Assembly: GCA_038087875.1 (NCBI GenBank)
Contig: JAXLNO010000072.1
Coordinates: 1 to 44,925, forward strand
DNA from: Malacoraja senta
Lineage: Eukaryota
Reading direction: 5' to 3'
Length of the DNA stretch: 44,925 nucleotides
Made by a program: the position numbers and the translations under genes. The notes under the pieces are model-generated. The model was not told the DNA's origin. It was given only the letters and a program-made list of their open reading frames with translations, and ran no database searches. This document shows positions 32,949 to 44,925 of this stretch, one piece after another; position 1 is the first letter of the stretch, and the number at the start of each line of letters is the position of its first letter.

Positions 32949-35724
32949 AAGTAAGTAAGTAAGTTTATTGGCCAAGTATTCACATACAAGGAATTTGCCT
33001 TGGTGCTCCACCCACAAGTAACAACATGACATACAGTGACAGTTACGAATGACTCAGAAAACACAAAACATTAATAATAATAAAACATTAATGATAAAAC
33101 ACCATTGATCAAGCATGTGAACCAACAAAACCAAGGTTGATACAAAATGCTGGAGTAACTCAGCTGGACAGGCTGCACCTCTGGAGAGAAGGACATTTCG
33201 GGACGAGACCCTTCTTCACCCATTCCTTCTCTCTAAAGATGCTGCCTGTCCTGCTGAGTTACTCCAGCTTTATCTTCGGTGTAAACCAGCATCTGCAGTT
33301 CTTTCCTACACAGTAGATCCTTTTGCTTACTTTTAAGTCTCAGAGTCATAGAGTGATAGTGTGGAAACAGCCCCAACTTGCCCCATCTAAGCTATTCCCA
33401 TTTGCCCACGTTTGGACCATGTCCCTCGAACCTTTGAGAAAATTGAACTTCATTGCTTCTCCAGAGCAAAGAGGACACGACCTGGGATATTTCTACACAG
33501 CACATCGGATGAGGAAGGCAAACCAGTAAACCAGCATCTGCAGTTCCTTGTTTCACCGCTTGAGACGTCTTCAATGGCGAACATCAGGATTTGTCTTCAC
33601 AGGAAAAGAAACCAAAGTCATCAGAATGAATATCCCGCTAGGATCTGGCGAGGTACTGAACAGCAATGAATGAACCTTGCCGAACAGGTGGCATTAAGGT
33701 GGCTGAGATTCACTTCCCTATATCCATAATTATTTTAAACAAGTGGGTTGAGTGAGAATGGCAGAAATGTGCATAAAATTACCAGGGCTCTAGGCAAGAA
33801 GGTAGGAAGTAACCGTTTCCCAAAAGACAGGGTGTATAGATTTAAATTAATTGGTAAAAGAATTAGAGGGAAGATAAAGACATTTAATTCACTGCCTGAT
33901 GATTCTTACAGGTTGCAAGATGGTGTTGGAACATAGCAACTCTTTGTGGGCTGATACCAGATCTACTCTCATTCAATATGATTGCTCTAGTATAGAATAA
34001 TAGTGGATCCTATTATTCTACACTTTACTCTTCAAGAGCAATTCTACACTTCGAAATCTCTTTTCTACCTGTAAATCTTGCTTTCCCTTCACTCTAGTCA
34101 AGTCAAGTCAAGTTTATTCGTCAATGCTCGCGGATTTTGTGCAAAAAAACAAACAAACAAACAACCAAACAACAGAATGGAACAGAATCACATATTTTTT
34201 TACATATTAAATATTGTGGTCGGAAGGAAAAAGGGAAAAAAAAACCACAAAAAAAAACACAGCAATTAAAAAAAAACAGTAGAGTGGTACAGTGGTGCCT
34301 ATTATGCTTGATGGTATTTATGTATAATATTATCTGATTTTATTGGATAGCATGCAAAACAAATCTTTTCATTATACTGTGGTACATGTGAACAATAATA
34401 AACCTAACCTGTGTTTGTGACCAAAGGCTCAGTTGGTACTTATCACTTGTCAGGCCTTGTCCTGCCCCGACTTCTCTTTTCTTGCTGTTACCTGCCTCTG
34501 AAGAACATTAGGGTAAAAAAGACACAAAGTACTGGAGTAATTTAGCCAGTCAGACAACATTACTGGAGAACATGGATAGGTGACTTTCGTGTTCGTCTTC
34601 TAGGTTTGCACAAGTACTTGAGAGTCTTCAAGGTACAACATAAGTCTTTATTACATTGCTCAATGCTGGCAGCAAGACAACTCAAAAATGGCTGCACACA
34701 CAGAATCTGACTGCACACTCACACACAGACAGGATAAACTATATACAAGACATCTCCCTTTGTCCTGTGCAGCGCCCACCTGCTGCACGGGAGGAGCAAC
34801 AGGTCCTCCCACCCCACACAGTCCACCAAACATCACAGTGACGTTTTGGTCAGGACCCTTCTTCAGATTGATTAAAGAAGGGTCACTCAGACTGAAGAAG
34901 GGTCACGACCCAAAACGTCACCTATCCATGTTCTCTGAGATGCTGCCTAATCCGCTGAGTTACTCCAGCACTTTGTGTCTTCATCTATAGTTCATCTATA
35001 GTTCCTTGTGTCTCCAAGTCTCTGCATAAACGCTGCTTATACGTTTCTGCCTCAGTGAGTTATGGGTCTTCCAAGCTCATTTGAAGCCACCCCTGGCCAT
35101 TTGAAGCAATCGTATGAAATAAATGTTAATTATTGTGAATGATGGCCAGTTGTGAAATAATGGGAGGTGCTTTGGCGAGGGGAAGTGGAGCAAGGAGGGA
35201 GGAAGCAGGGGGTTTGACCTTGGTGCTGAAGCACGTTGCTGGAGGAAGCTGTACATTGTGATCTCTGAGACCCCTATCCTGGAAGCGGCCGAGGCGAAGA
35301 TTGCAAAGAGGAAGCGGACCCGTCATTCATCAACAAAATGTGACAGCATTAGTTGTAGGAGGATCTTGTGGAAACAATATGAAGTTACTGCACTCAATTT
35401 GCGATGATTTATTGCCGCCACAGTTCTGCACTTTACCCTTGGACCGTCTGACTATATTCATTTTAGGAAATGCTTCACGTTAACAAACATGTCCTCTCTT
35501 GAAATGCTGCTCCACACCATGTCCTTGAAGTTGTCAACAATAGTAATTCTGTAATGATTAAAGAACAAATGATGTTGGCCTTCTGATTAAATGCCACAAA
35601 ACTTCCTGCCCCTTTATCTCCTTGCTGCTGTATACAAAAGATGATCTTACATAAATCCACTTCACTGTTCTCCAGGTTTTGATCAAGGACACTGAAAATG
35701 TCAATCTGTTTTCATTATCAATAT

Positions 35725-36280
35725 CAAAATCATTAGAACGGAGACGAGGAAACACTTTTTCACACAGAGAGTTGTGAGTCTGTGGAATTCTCTGCCTCAG
35801 AGGGCGGTGGAGGCCGGTGATCTGGATACTTTCAAGAGAGAGCTAGATAGGGCTCTTAAAGATAGCGGAGTCATAGAAACATAGAAACATAGAAAATAGG
35901 TGCAGGAGCAGGCCATTCGGCCCTTCAAGCCTGCACCGCCATTCAAAATGATCATGGCTGATCATCCAACTCAGTATCCCGTGCCTGCCTTCTCTCCATA
36001 CCCCCTGATCACTTTAGCCACAAGGGCCACATCTAACTCCCTCTTAAATATAGCCAATGAACTGGCCTCAACTACCTTCTGTGGCAGAGAATTCCAGAGA
36101 TTCACCACTCTCTGTGTGAAAAATGTTTGTCAGGGGATATGGGGAGGGGAAAAAAGTCAGGGGATATGGGGAGAAGGCAGGAACGGGGTACTGATTGGGG
36201 ATGATCAGCCATGATCACATTGAATGGCGGTGCTGACTCGAAGGGCTGAATGGCCTACTCCTGCACCTATTGTGTATTGT
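35725..36280 (+). mobile_element. CR1 3' fragment containing an antisense CR1 3' fragment (~35874-36128)
   Basis: The + copy is interrupted at GGAGTCA|GGGGATATGG. The insert begins with (AGAAACAT)n and matches 9030-9285. Confidence 0.85.
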
Positions 36281-36688
36281 CATATCATTATCATAGTATC
36301 AAAAAGGAAACTATTCCAAAGTTCTGAGACACAAGGAACTGAATCTGAACAAGGGCCCCGACCCGAAACGTCCCATGTTTTCTAGAGATGCTGCCTGACC
36401 CACTGAGTTACTCTATCACTTTGTGTATTTATTCTAAAATGTACTGTCTGGAATCATTTAACAAACAATAGGATTCAGAGGGTGGCGGTGCTGGAGACTC
36501 TTCTTTGGATAAACTACAAGACTCGAGTCTTTCCTGGTTTTTAATCAGTGCTGCTGCGGTCCCGTCAGGATGTGGAAATGATTTTAGCTCCTTCCCTGCC
36601 CATGGACCCATCCCTGCCACCTCACCACTGGCCCCACTGTGCCCTCTGGTGGCCGGACACCAAAGTGCTCAGAGAAATGTCATCTTAA

Positions 36689-37510
36689 GATAGACACAAA
36701 AGGCTGGAGTAACTCAGCAGATCAGGCAGCATCTCTGGAGAGAAGGAATGGGTGACGTTTCGGGTCACCCATTCCTTCTCTCCAGAGATGCTCCCTGTCC
36801 TCCTGAGTTACTCCAGCTTTATGTGTCTATCTTCGGTTTAAACCAGCATCTGCAGTTCCTTCCCACTAATTTCATCTTAAGATAGACACAAAGTGCTGGA
36901 GTAACTCAGCAGATCAGGCAGCATCTCTGGGGGAAAAAGGATAGGGGATGTTTCGGGTCGGGACCCTTCTTCAGACTGAAGGAAAGGGGTGGAGGTGGGG
37001 TGAAGAGCTGGAGGCTAGAATAGACCACGATCAAGCAGGCTGGCAGGGTGGTGTCCTGCTAGTCCTATTGTTGGCTAGGGAAGGTGTGATCTCAAGAGGG
37101 ATACAATGGAGTGAACTGTGGAACTGGTAAAACGACTAGGGCAGAGAAAGGGGAGAAGGGGAGGGGGAGGAGAGTGTAGGTAAAGTTAATTAAAACTAGA
37201 GAATTCAACATTCATACCACGGGGTTTGTAAGCTACCCAAGCTAAATATGAGGTGTTCCCCCAATTTGCATGTGCCACCCATCCTATTTCTCCAGAGATA
37301 TTGCCTGACCCGCTGAGTTACTCCAGCACTTTGTGTCTTTCTTTGGTGTAAACCAGTTCCTTGTTCCTAATTTCATCTTAATTCTCAAGAAGGGTCTGGA
37401 CCCGAAACGTCGCCAATCCATAATCTCCAGGAATGCTGCCTGATCAGCTGAGGTACTCCAGCACTTTGTGTCTTTTATTTTGTAAATCAGCACCTGCAGT
37501 TCCTTGTTAC
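36689..37510. repeat. Cluster of Penelope pLTR-derived copies including a foldback (36689-36831) and a longer minus-strand fragment (~36880-37280)
   Basis: Repeated GACACAAA.TGCTGGAGTAACTCAGC...GGCAGCATCTCTGGAG unit in both orientations. Confidence 0.85.
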
Positions 37511-38176
37511 TAATTTCACCACACCCAGCTGGAAGGAAGTGGATCTAGCAGTAAAGCACCATACGAAGGGTTAATGGCATTGAGCCCAGCATGGGTTCAG
37601 AGAAAATAATTCCCTGGGATTGAATGAATCACGGATTATGAGGCAAAGAAATGAAATCACTTTCCATTTAAATCGGGGAGAATTTTAGACAGATGTTAAA
37701 GACCTTTGGTATTAATGCTGAAATACTGGGTCAGATCAGCATAATATTTTGCATTCTGGACTGTTACTGGGACTCATTGGAACAGACATTACAAACAAAG
37801 GCCTTTTGGCATCCTGTCTGTGCTTTTTGTTAAAGTGCTATCTAATTAATCCCATCCCTTACCCAGAAATGCTGTTTTCTTTCCTAGGATTGATCCAACT
37901 TCCTTTTGGAAGTCCCTATTAAATCTCCTTCCTTTTCCTTTCAGGCAGTACATTGCGGATCAATTTTAAAAGAATGTCCTTATCTCAACTCTAATATATT
38001 CTTCTCGTTGCCGAGCTTCCTGCCTAACGGTCTGTCCCCATTCTGCCTTCTAATTTTCAATGACAAATCCCCCCATGACCCAGTCTACTCTACGGAGAAG
38101 AATCTAATCTGTGTTTTGTGTAGATTTTCCGCGTAATTCACTGTAGATGCCACTTTCCAGCATCACCATTTGGAAC

Positions 38177-38466
38177 GGGGTGGCATGGTGGCGCAGCGGT
38201 AGAGCTGCTGCCTCACAGTGCCAGAGACCCCGGTTCGATCCTGACTATGGGTGCTGTCTCTACGGAGTTTGTACGTTCTCCCCGTGACCTGCTTGGGTTT
38301 TCTCCGCAATCACCGGTTTCCTCCCGCACTCCAAAGATGTACAAGTTTGTTGGTTAATAGGCTTGGTGTAATTGTAAATTGTCCCTAGTGTGTGTAGGAT
38401 GGCGTTAGTATGGTCAGCGCGGACTTGAGGGGACGAAGGGCCAGTTTGTGCGCTGAATCTCTAAAA
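38177..38466 (+). mobile_element. tRNA-derived V-SINE-like element (HE1-type) with Pol III boxes
   Basis: A box TGGCGCAGCGG, B box GGTTCGATCC, V-domain GGAGTTTGTACGTTCTCCCCGTGACC...CCGGTTTCCTCCCGCACTCCAAAG. Confidence 0.88.
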
Positions 38467-39070
38467 AACTCCCACAGGCAAGTTTCCTTGAACAATTTCA
38501 TCATTCTCCATTGGAACAAAATAGTAAAAGAAAAATCCCTACCTGATGGGCATTGTAGATTAAAAGTGATATACAAGTACTCATCAAATGTAAAGCATTT
38601 TACGATGACTCGAGTCCACAAACTTTGCTACATAAATAAAAGTCTTTCTTAAAAGTAACCGAAACTTGCATGTACTGTATACAATACAAACACAAAGTGC
38701 TGGAGGAACTCAGAGGGTCAGGCAGCATCTGTGGAGGGAATGGATAGGCGACAAGTCGGGTAGGGATCCTTCTGATGGAGGACTGATGGATCTGTCCTGA
38801 AATGTTGCTGTCCATTCCCTCCACAGATGTTCCCGAGTCCGGTGGTACGCGCATTCAAGAAACTGCACCTTTTGCCAAATAGGAGCAGGGGAGAAGAAGG
38901 AATGTCCAGGGTAGGACAAGTCTTTGATTATTTTGGCTGTTTCTCCAAGGCAGCGTGAGGCGTAGATGGAGTCAATGTTCCCAGAACCACACAGGTAAAC
39001 ATACATAAACTGCCGTTGGAAGTTCACCAACGTGGTGAAGGACACACTTTCGTCTTCCCGAACTCACTGG

Positions 39071-39390
39071 TTTAGTTTAATTTAGAGATTCAGCACGGAA
39101 ACAGGCCCTTCGACCCACCGAGTCCGTGCCGACCAGCGATCCCTGCACACTAACACTATCCTACACACAGTAAGGGCAGTTTTACATTTATACCAAGCCA
39201 ATCAAGCTATAAACCTGTACGTCTTTTGGAGTGTGGGAGGAAACCGAAGATCTCGTGGAAAAGGCACGTGGTCACGGGGAGAACGTACAAACTCTGTACA
39301 GACAGCACCCGTAGTCAGGATGGAACCCGGATATGTGGTCCTGTAAATGCTGTAAGGCAGCAACTCTACCGCTGCGTCACCGTGCCGCCC
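39071..39390 (-). mobile_element. tRNA-derived V-SINE-like element
   Basis: Reverse complement of the family at 38177; GTTTAG tail. Confidence 0.85.
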
Positions 39391-39499
39391 CTAAATGGTC
39401 TCCATTCGGAGTCTCTACAACCCAAAGCTGAGGGCTCCACACCTCATGGCGCAGAATTACATGCTGAGGGATACACTGAAACTTGGGGAAAGGCCATAG

Positions 39500-40260
39500 T
39501 TGACCACCAGGGGCGCCCTGATTGGCAGCCCCGCCAAGTCTGTTTGTTTTTCATCTTTAAAAAAAAAATTGTGTGTGTAAATGTTCTCCGATTTGTTTTA
39601 TGTGGGGGGGGAGGGGGGATGGGGAGGGGGAAGGGAGGTGTCGGGGGAAACTTTTTTTTCAGTTTCTTGCTTATTAATTTTCGGATCGCATTCTCCGGTC
39701 GCCCTGCGGCCTACCATCGATGGAGCTGGAGGCCTCCTCGGACTGACCTTGGGCCCCACCGCGGGGCGTGGACTTGCATCGGAGTCGATCCCTTACCTGG
39801 GATCGCTCCAACCACGGCCTGCGGACTTTACATCGGGAGCTCGCAGTCTCGGGAGAGCCCGTGGATGTCGGGAGTTCTAACCTCGCGGAAGGCTCGACCA
39901 GCCCCGACGCAGGGTTCGATCGGCCGGCGCGGGGGAGCTGACATCCTCCCGATGCAGGAGCTGATCTTCCCGTCAAGATCATCCCGTCAATGGAGGGCTC
40001 GAGGCCCCCGACCGCGGGAGAGCAAAGGGAAGAGATTGAACATTTTTTCCGCCTTCCATCACAGTGAGGAATGTGGAGGAGTCACTGTGGTGGATGTTTA
40101 TGCTAAAATGTGTTTTGTGTGTTCCGTTGATTTTTATTTGTATGACTGACTTGGCAAATGAAACTCCTCGTATGTTGCAAAACATACTTGTCTAATAATG
40201 TAGTATTGTGATTGTGAATGTGAATGGGATTGGGATTGGGATTGGGATTGGGATTGATTG
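39500..40260 (+). mobile_element. Unclassified GC-rich interspersed repeat with LINE-like 3' end and (GGGATT)n tail
   Basis: 40010-40150 is similar to 8750-8900 (GCCTTCC.TCA.AGTGAGGAATGTGG...CTGTGGTGGATGTTTATG). Microsatellite tail at ~40205-40260. Confidence 0.55.
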
Positions 40261-41544
40261 AGGGCACTCCCGCCATTTCAATTGAAATAGCTGAGACCTA
40301 TAAAATAAAGCCACTGTGGCATCTTTCCTTAAAGAATATATGTAAAAGAAAAGCAATCCCATGTTGACTAATGTGTTGGAATGTTACAACAAAATGGGTG
40401 ATGTATTAATGGATTATATTATGTTCTTGCAAATTCTATGAGTAGGTTATTACTTTTATAAGAACAAAATTCAGTTCCCTTCTTCTTATCTCTGTTTTTG
40501 ACTCCGGCCACATGATGATCTGTTTATTCCAGCCAGCGCGAGGCTTCATCACTCAATTGGAATGGAGTTTCCACACTGTAACTCCCTTGTTTTTCAAGAG
40601 GCATCGTTTCTGGCTTTTCAAGGCTGCAGTCGACATAAACAAATGGTCACCTTGAAGCTATCTGGTATCGGAACAGAGTCTTGCTGATTGTTCTGTATCT
40701 GTGCTGTCACTTGCTATCTACTGAAGCTCCTCAACAGGAATTCAATTTAACTTGTCCTTCTGGCAGAAACTCCCTCAAGTTGCAGAAGTCTGAAAGGCTG
40801 GATTAACCCTTTCACAGCCAGCGCCCTATTCATGGGAAATTGAGCAACATTTGTAAAGGTAAACCATTAAAACCACACAGGGATAAGGTAAGGAAGCAGG
40901 ATTGGAATGGTTGGCTCTTGGATAGGCAGCGAATGGAGGGATGTGGATCATATGGATAGCTTTAAGGAGGGAGAATCTGGTTTATACCAAAGATGGTAGG
41001 TACATTGGTAGGTAGACACAAAATGCTGGAGTAACTCAGCGGGTGAGGCAGCATCTATGAAGAGAAGGAATGGGTGACGTTTCGGGTCGAGACTCAAAAT
41101 GTCACCCTTTCCTTCTCTCCGTAGATGCTGCCTCACCCGTTGAGTTCCTCCAGCATTTTGTGTTTACCTTCAATATTATCCAGCATCTGCAGTTCTTTCT
41201 CACACAGGTACATTGCAGATAGGTTTAGAAGGATATGTGCCACAAACGCAGGAGAGTGGGACTTGCGTAGATGGGATATGTTGGTGAGTGTCGGCAAGTT
41301 GGACCAAAGGGCCTGTTTCCACAGTGTATAACTCCGAGTGTAGTCACAAAATGCTGGAGTAACTCAGCGGGTCCGGCAGCATCTCTGGAGAACATGGATA
41401 GGTGACACTCTGCTGAGTTACTCCAACATTTTGTATAAACCAGTATCTGCAATTCCTTGATTCTACCCTATGGACATTAACCAAGTTACTGAATGTTTGC
41501 AACTCTGAAGCAGGCCATTCAGCCCGACAGATCTGGTCTTTAAC

Positions 41545-41765
41545 CACAGCCATCAGGCTATTAAACTTAGCTCGGACAAAACTCTGAACATTAATAGCCC
41601 ATTATCTGTTATTTGCACTTTATCAGTTTATTTATTCATGTGTGTATATATTTATATAATGGTATATGGACACACTGATCTGTTTTGTAGTCAATGTCTA
41701 CTATGTTCTGTTGTGCTGAAGCAAAGCAAGAATTTCATTGTCCTATCAGGGACACATGACAATAA
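41545..41765 (+). mobile_element. LINE 3'-end fragment (Rex1-like); uninterrupted relative of the fragment at 23413-32378
   Basis: MCVYIYIMVYGHTDLFCS appears in the ORF track at both loci on opposite strands. Confidence 0.8.
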
Positions 41766-42880
41766 GTCAAGTCAAGTCACATTTATTTATATAGCACATT
41801 TAAAAATCAACTCTCGTTGGCCAAAGTGCTTTACATTTGTTATAAGAATAGCACAAACAAAACAAACTACATACATATATACATGTAGCCCTCACTCAGA
41901 GGACGTCAGGAAAGGCTTGGGAGTATAAATAAGTTTTTAGTCTTGACTTAAAAGAGTCGATGGAGGGGGCAGTTCTGATGGGAAAGGGGATGCTGTTCCA
42001 CAGTCTAGGGGCTGCAACCGCAAAGGCCCGGTCGCCCCTGAGCTTATGCCTAGACTGTGGGATATTCAGCAACCCCAAGTCGGCCAATCTGAGGGGCCTG
42101 GAGGTGGAGTGGTGGGTGAGAAGACTTTTTATGTAGGGTGGGGGCAAGCCCATTGAGGGCTTTGTAGACATGGAGGAGGATCCTTGAAGTTTATACGGAA
42201 CCGCACAGGGAGCCAGTGGACAGAGGCCAGGATCGGGGTGATGTGGTCCCTTTTTCGGGTGCCCGTCAGGAGTCTCATTGTGGCGTTTTGGACCAGTTGC
42301 AGGCGGGACAGGGAAGATTGGCTGATGCCAGTGTAAAGGGAGTTGCAGTAATCTAGGCGGGAGGAGATGAATGTGTGGATGATCTTTTCGAGGTCATCAA
42401 ACTGGAGGAATTGTTTTATTTTAGCTATCGTCCGAAGCTGAAAGAAGCTAGCTTTTACCACGGCATTGACTTGTTTGTCAAATTTCAGTGCTGAGTCAAA
42501 TATCATGCCAAGGTTTTGGACGTGAGGTTTGAGTAGTGGGGTAAGGCTTCCAAGGCGGCCTGCTATCATTTTGATTGAGTCCGAGGGGCCGAGAAGGATG
42601 ACCTCAGACTTACTCTCGTTTAGTTGGAGGAAGTTCTGGGCCATCCAGCACTTTATATCCTCGAGGCAGTGGGTAAGGTTAAGCAGATTTGATTGTTTTT
42701 TGGGCTTCAGGGGGAGATAGAGTTGTGTATCGTCTGCGTAGCAATGGAAGGAAATGCCGTGCCTTTCAATGACTTGGCCTAAGGGGAGCATATACAGGGA
42801 GAAGAGAATGGGGCCAAGGATGGAACCTTGTGGAACCCCACAGCAGAGATTAGCTGGGGAGGAGAAAGAGTTGCCTATGT
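41764..42880 (-). mobile_element. L2-clade LINE RT fragment, one frameshift
   Basis: GVPQGSILGP (upstream of the ORF start), HCYADDTQLY, SRLDYCNSL, LQLVQNA, HITPILASVHWLP, RAFAVAAPRLWNS; (AAGTC)n tail. Confidence 0.9.
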
Positions 42881-43665
42881 TAGTCGAGAAACTCCTACCT
42901 TTGAAACTCTCTTGAATCTTGAATTCTCTCAGATCATGGACTTGCTTGCAATTAAGTTCTCAATCGCAGTAGCATGCCTGTTAAAGTCAGAGCAGTGGGA
43001 TATTTGTGCCTGAAATCATTCATAACAGAATATAGCCACTGCCCTTAACCAAAGGAGCCAAGCTGAGGCCTTGCTGTCATCTTGAAGCAATGATACTTTT
43101 GCAAGTCTCCCAAATGCAGATGGAAATAATGTTTTTGAAAACGTTTTCTGGCCAATTTGAGCTGTCTATGCATGTTATTTTTAGTTGTGGAATCCACTTA
43201 ATGTAGAGCCAGAGAAAGTGGAGTATTTCTGGGCATGTTTGATACAGGAACCCCGCAGTTTTGGTCTGATTCACTTTTGACTGAAGCTACACTGTTGTGG
43301 AAACGCTTCGATGCATTCTCGACAAATTGAAACACAAAACCTGATGAAGGGACGCCTTTCCCCCCCACTCTGGTTAGTTTTAGTTTATTGTCACGTGGAC
43401 CAAGGTACAGTGAAAAGCTTTTGTTGAATGCTAACTAGTCAGTGGAAAGACTAACCATGATGACAGTGCAGATATCCACAGTGTACAGAAGATAGACGCA
43501 AAGTGCTGGAGTAACTCAGCGGGTCAGGCAGCATCTCCGGAGAAAAAGGATGGGTGATGTTTCGGGTTGGGATCCTTCTTCAGACCTGACCCATCCTTTT
43601 TCTCCAGGGATGTTGTCTGACTTTGTCATTGAACCAGTGATTGAACCAGTGATTGAACCATTGCT

Positions 43666-43763
43666 GGTACACAAAAATGCTGGAGAAACTCAGCGGGTGC
43701 AGCAGCATCTATGGAGCGAAGGAAATAGGCAACGTTTCGGGCCGAAACCCTTCTTCAGACTCC
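43666..43763 (-). mobile_element. 98-bp Penelope pLTR 3' end with 14-bp TSD
   Basis: ATTGAACCATTGCT at 43652-43665 and 43764-43777. Sequence is nearly identical to 23851-23946. Confidence 0.9.
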
Positions 43764-43959
43764 ATTGAACCATTGCTACTATGTGCAGTAAAGATTATCA
43801 TTGTTTTCAAATTGTTCATAGTTTGAGAATTCCCATTGCTGTAGTGTCCTGCTTTTGAAAACTTTACACACTCCCCATGCCTCATTCCTGATCACATTCC
43901 GTGATTGTGCCTCTAACTTCCTACATATCCTGATGGTAACATTAAGATGGTACATCCAT

Positions 43960-44297
43960 GCTGGTTTAAACTGAAGACGGACACAAAAAGCTGGAGTAAC
44001 TCAGCGGGACAGGCAGCATCTCTGGAGAGAAGGAATGGGTGACATTTTGGGTCGAGACCCTTCTTCAGACTGGTTAGGGATAAGGGAGACGAGAGATATA
44101 GACGGCGATGTGGAGAGATAATGAACAATGAATGAAAGATATGCAAAAAAGTAACGATGATGAAGGAAACAGGCCATTGTTTGCTGTTTGTAGGGTGAAA
44201 ATGAGAAGCTGGTGCGACTTGGGTGGGGGAGGGGTAGAGAGGGAATGCTGGAGCTACCTGAAGTTAGAGAAATCGATATTCATACCACTGGGCTGTA
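43960..44297 (-). mobile_element. Penelope-like 3' fragment, followed by a short + strand CR1 3' end (~44347-44478)
   Basis: pLTR unit plus ...GAGAAATCGATATTCATACCACTGGGCTGTA, the end of the GIY-YIG ORF as at 19915-19945. Confidence 0.78.
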
Positions 44298-44925
44298 CAG
44301 ATACTGCATAAATGGAATAACATTTAGTGTAAGATAAAGGTACAGGTGTCAGAGGTTATGGGGAGAAGGCAGGAGAATGGGGTTAGGAGGGAGAGATAGA
44401 TCAGCCATGATTGAATGGCGGAGTAGACTGGATGGGCCGAATGGCCTAATTCTGCTCCTATCACTAATGATCTTATGATCCACACTTCAAACTTCCTTAG
44501 AAAGTTGATTGAGGATAAAAATAATGTATACTTGTGCGAATGGCAGATGAGAGAAAATTGCTAAATTGCACGCGTTATTTTACTCAATCTTTGCAGAGAA
44601 TTGAGTTGTTGAGGTGGCTGCCAAAGTAATCTTCTGGAGTGCCTTCATGAAATCTCTGCCTCATTCTCCTCCTGTTCGATGCTCCTTAAAACCTACCTCT
44701 ATCACAGAGTCTTCGGTCACCAGCTTGAATATCTCTTACCCGAGATCTATCTACGCCTTCTGACGGTACCCCTGAGGATGTTTCACTCAGTTTAGCCCTT
44801 TTAAGAGCACAACTTAGATACACTGATAGCACAGATAGTCGGCGTGGATGACAAAAAATGCTGGAGAAACTCAGCGGTGAGGCAGCATCTATGGAGAGAA
44901 GGACTTGGAGACGTTTCGGGACGAG

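Noticed and set aside
33990..36660. Possible small minus-strand exons (e.g. ~35651-35691 with TTTTCAG/GTAAG signals; ~34025-34068; ~36480-36620)
   Set aside because: Splice-like signals exist but the peptides match nothing I recognise; RNA-seq or TBLASTN is needed.
38177..38260. tRNA-like sequence
   Set aside because: It is the tRNA-derived head of a SINE that occurs several times; no full cloverleaf.
39226..40149. 307-aa + strand ORF
   Set aside because: It runs through an antisense SINE and a GC-rich repeat, with no protein motif; a chance ORF.
40224..40256. (GGGATT)n resembling telomeric repeat
   Set aside because: The unit is TTGGGA, not TTAGGG, and it grades from a retroposon tail.
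40480..40900. Unique-looking segment that might be an exon or promoter
   Set aside because: Only short ORFs and no recognisable motif.

Overview
Repeat-rich vertebrate genomic DNA, most likely from a cartilaginous fish such as a skate or ray (inferred from the V-SINE/CR1/Penelope/Rex1 repeat spectrum, not proven). Two host genes are recognisable and convergent. NKPD1-like KAP NTPase is on the + strand (exons 6286-6414 and 10960-12614; upstream exon not located). BLOC1S3 is on the - strand (coding exon 19038-19613; CpG-rich putative promoter with a perfect CLEAR motif near 22.9-23.4 kb). The rest is mostly transposable elements: a young L1 3' end, a four-level nest (Harbinger-like > hAT-like > Rex1 > L2), CR1, L2, Rex1, V-SINEs and many Penelope pLTR copies. 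The most unusual region is 23.4-32.4 kb, where one short LINE tail hosts a tail-to-tail Penelope pair and two nested DIRS tyrosine-recombinase retrotransposons. The inner DIRS is structurally complete (ITRs, ICR, AAT junction). The outer DIRS has its coding region inverted relative to its termini. The Penelope repeats carry a minimal hammerhead-ribozyme-like core that appears to set their truncation and foldback points. All calls were made by eye with no database searches, so repeat boundaries are approximate unless junction sequences are quoted.
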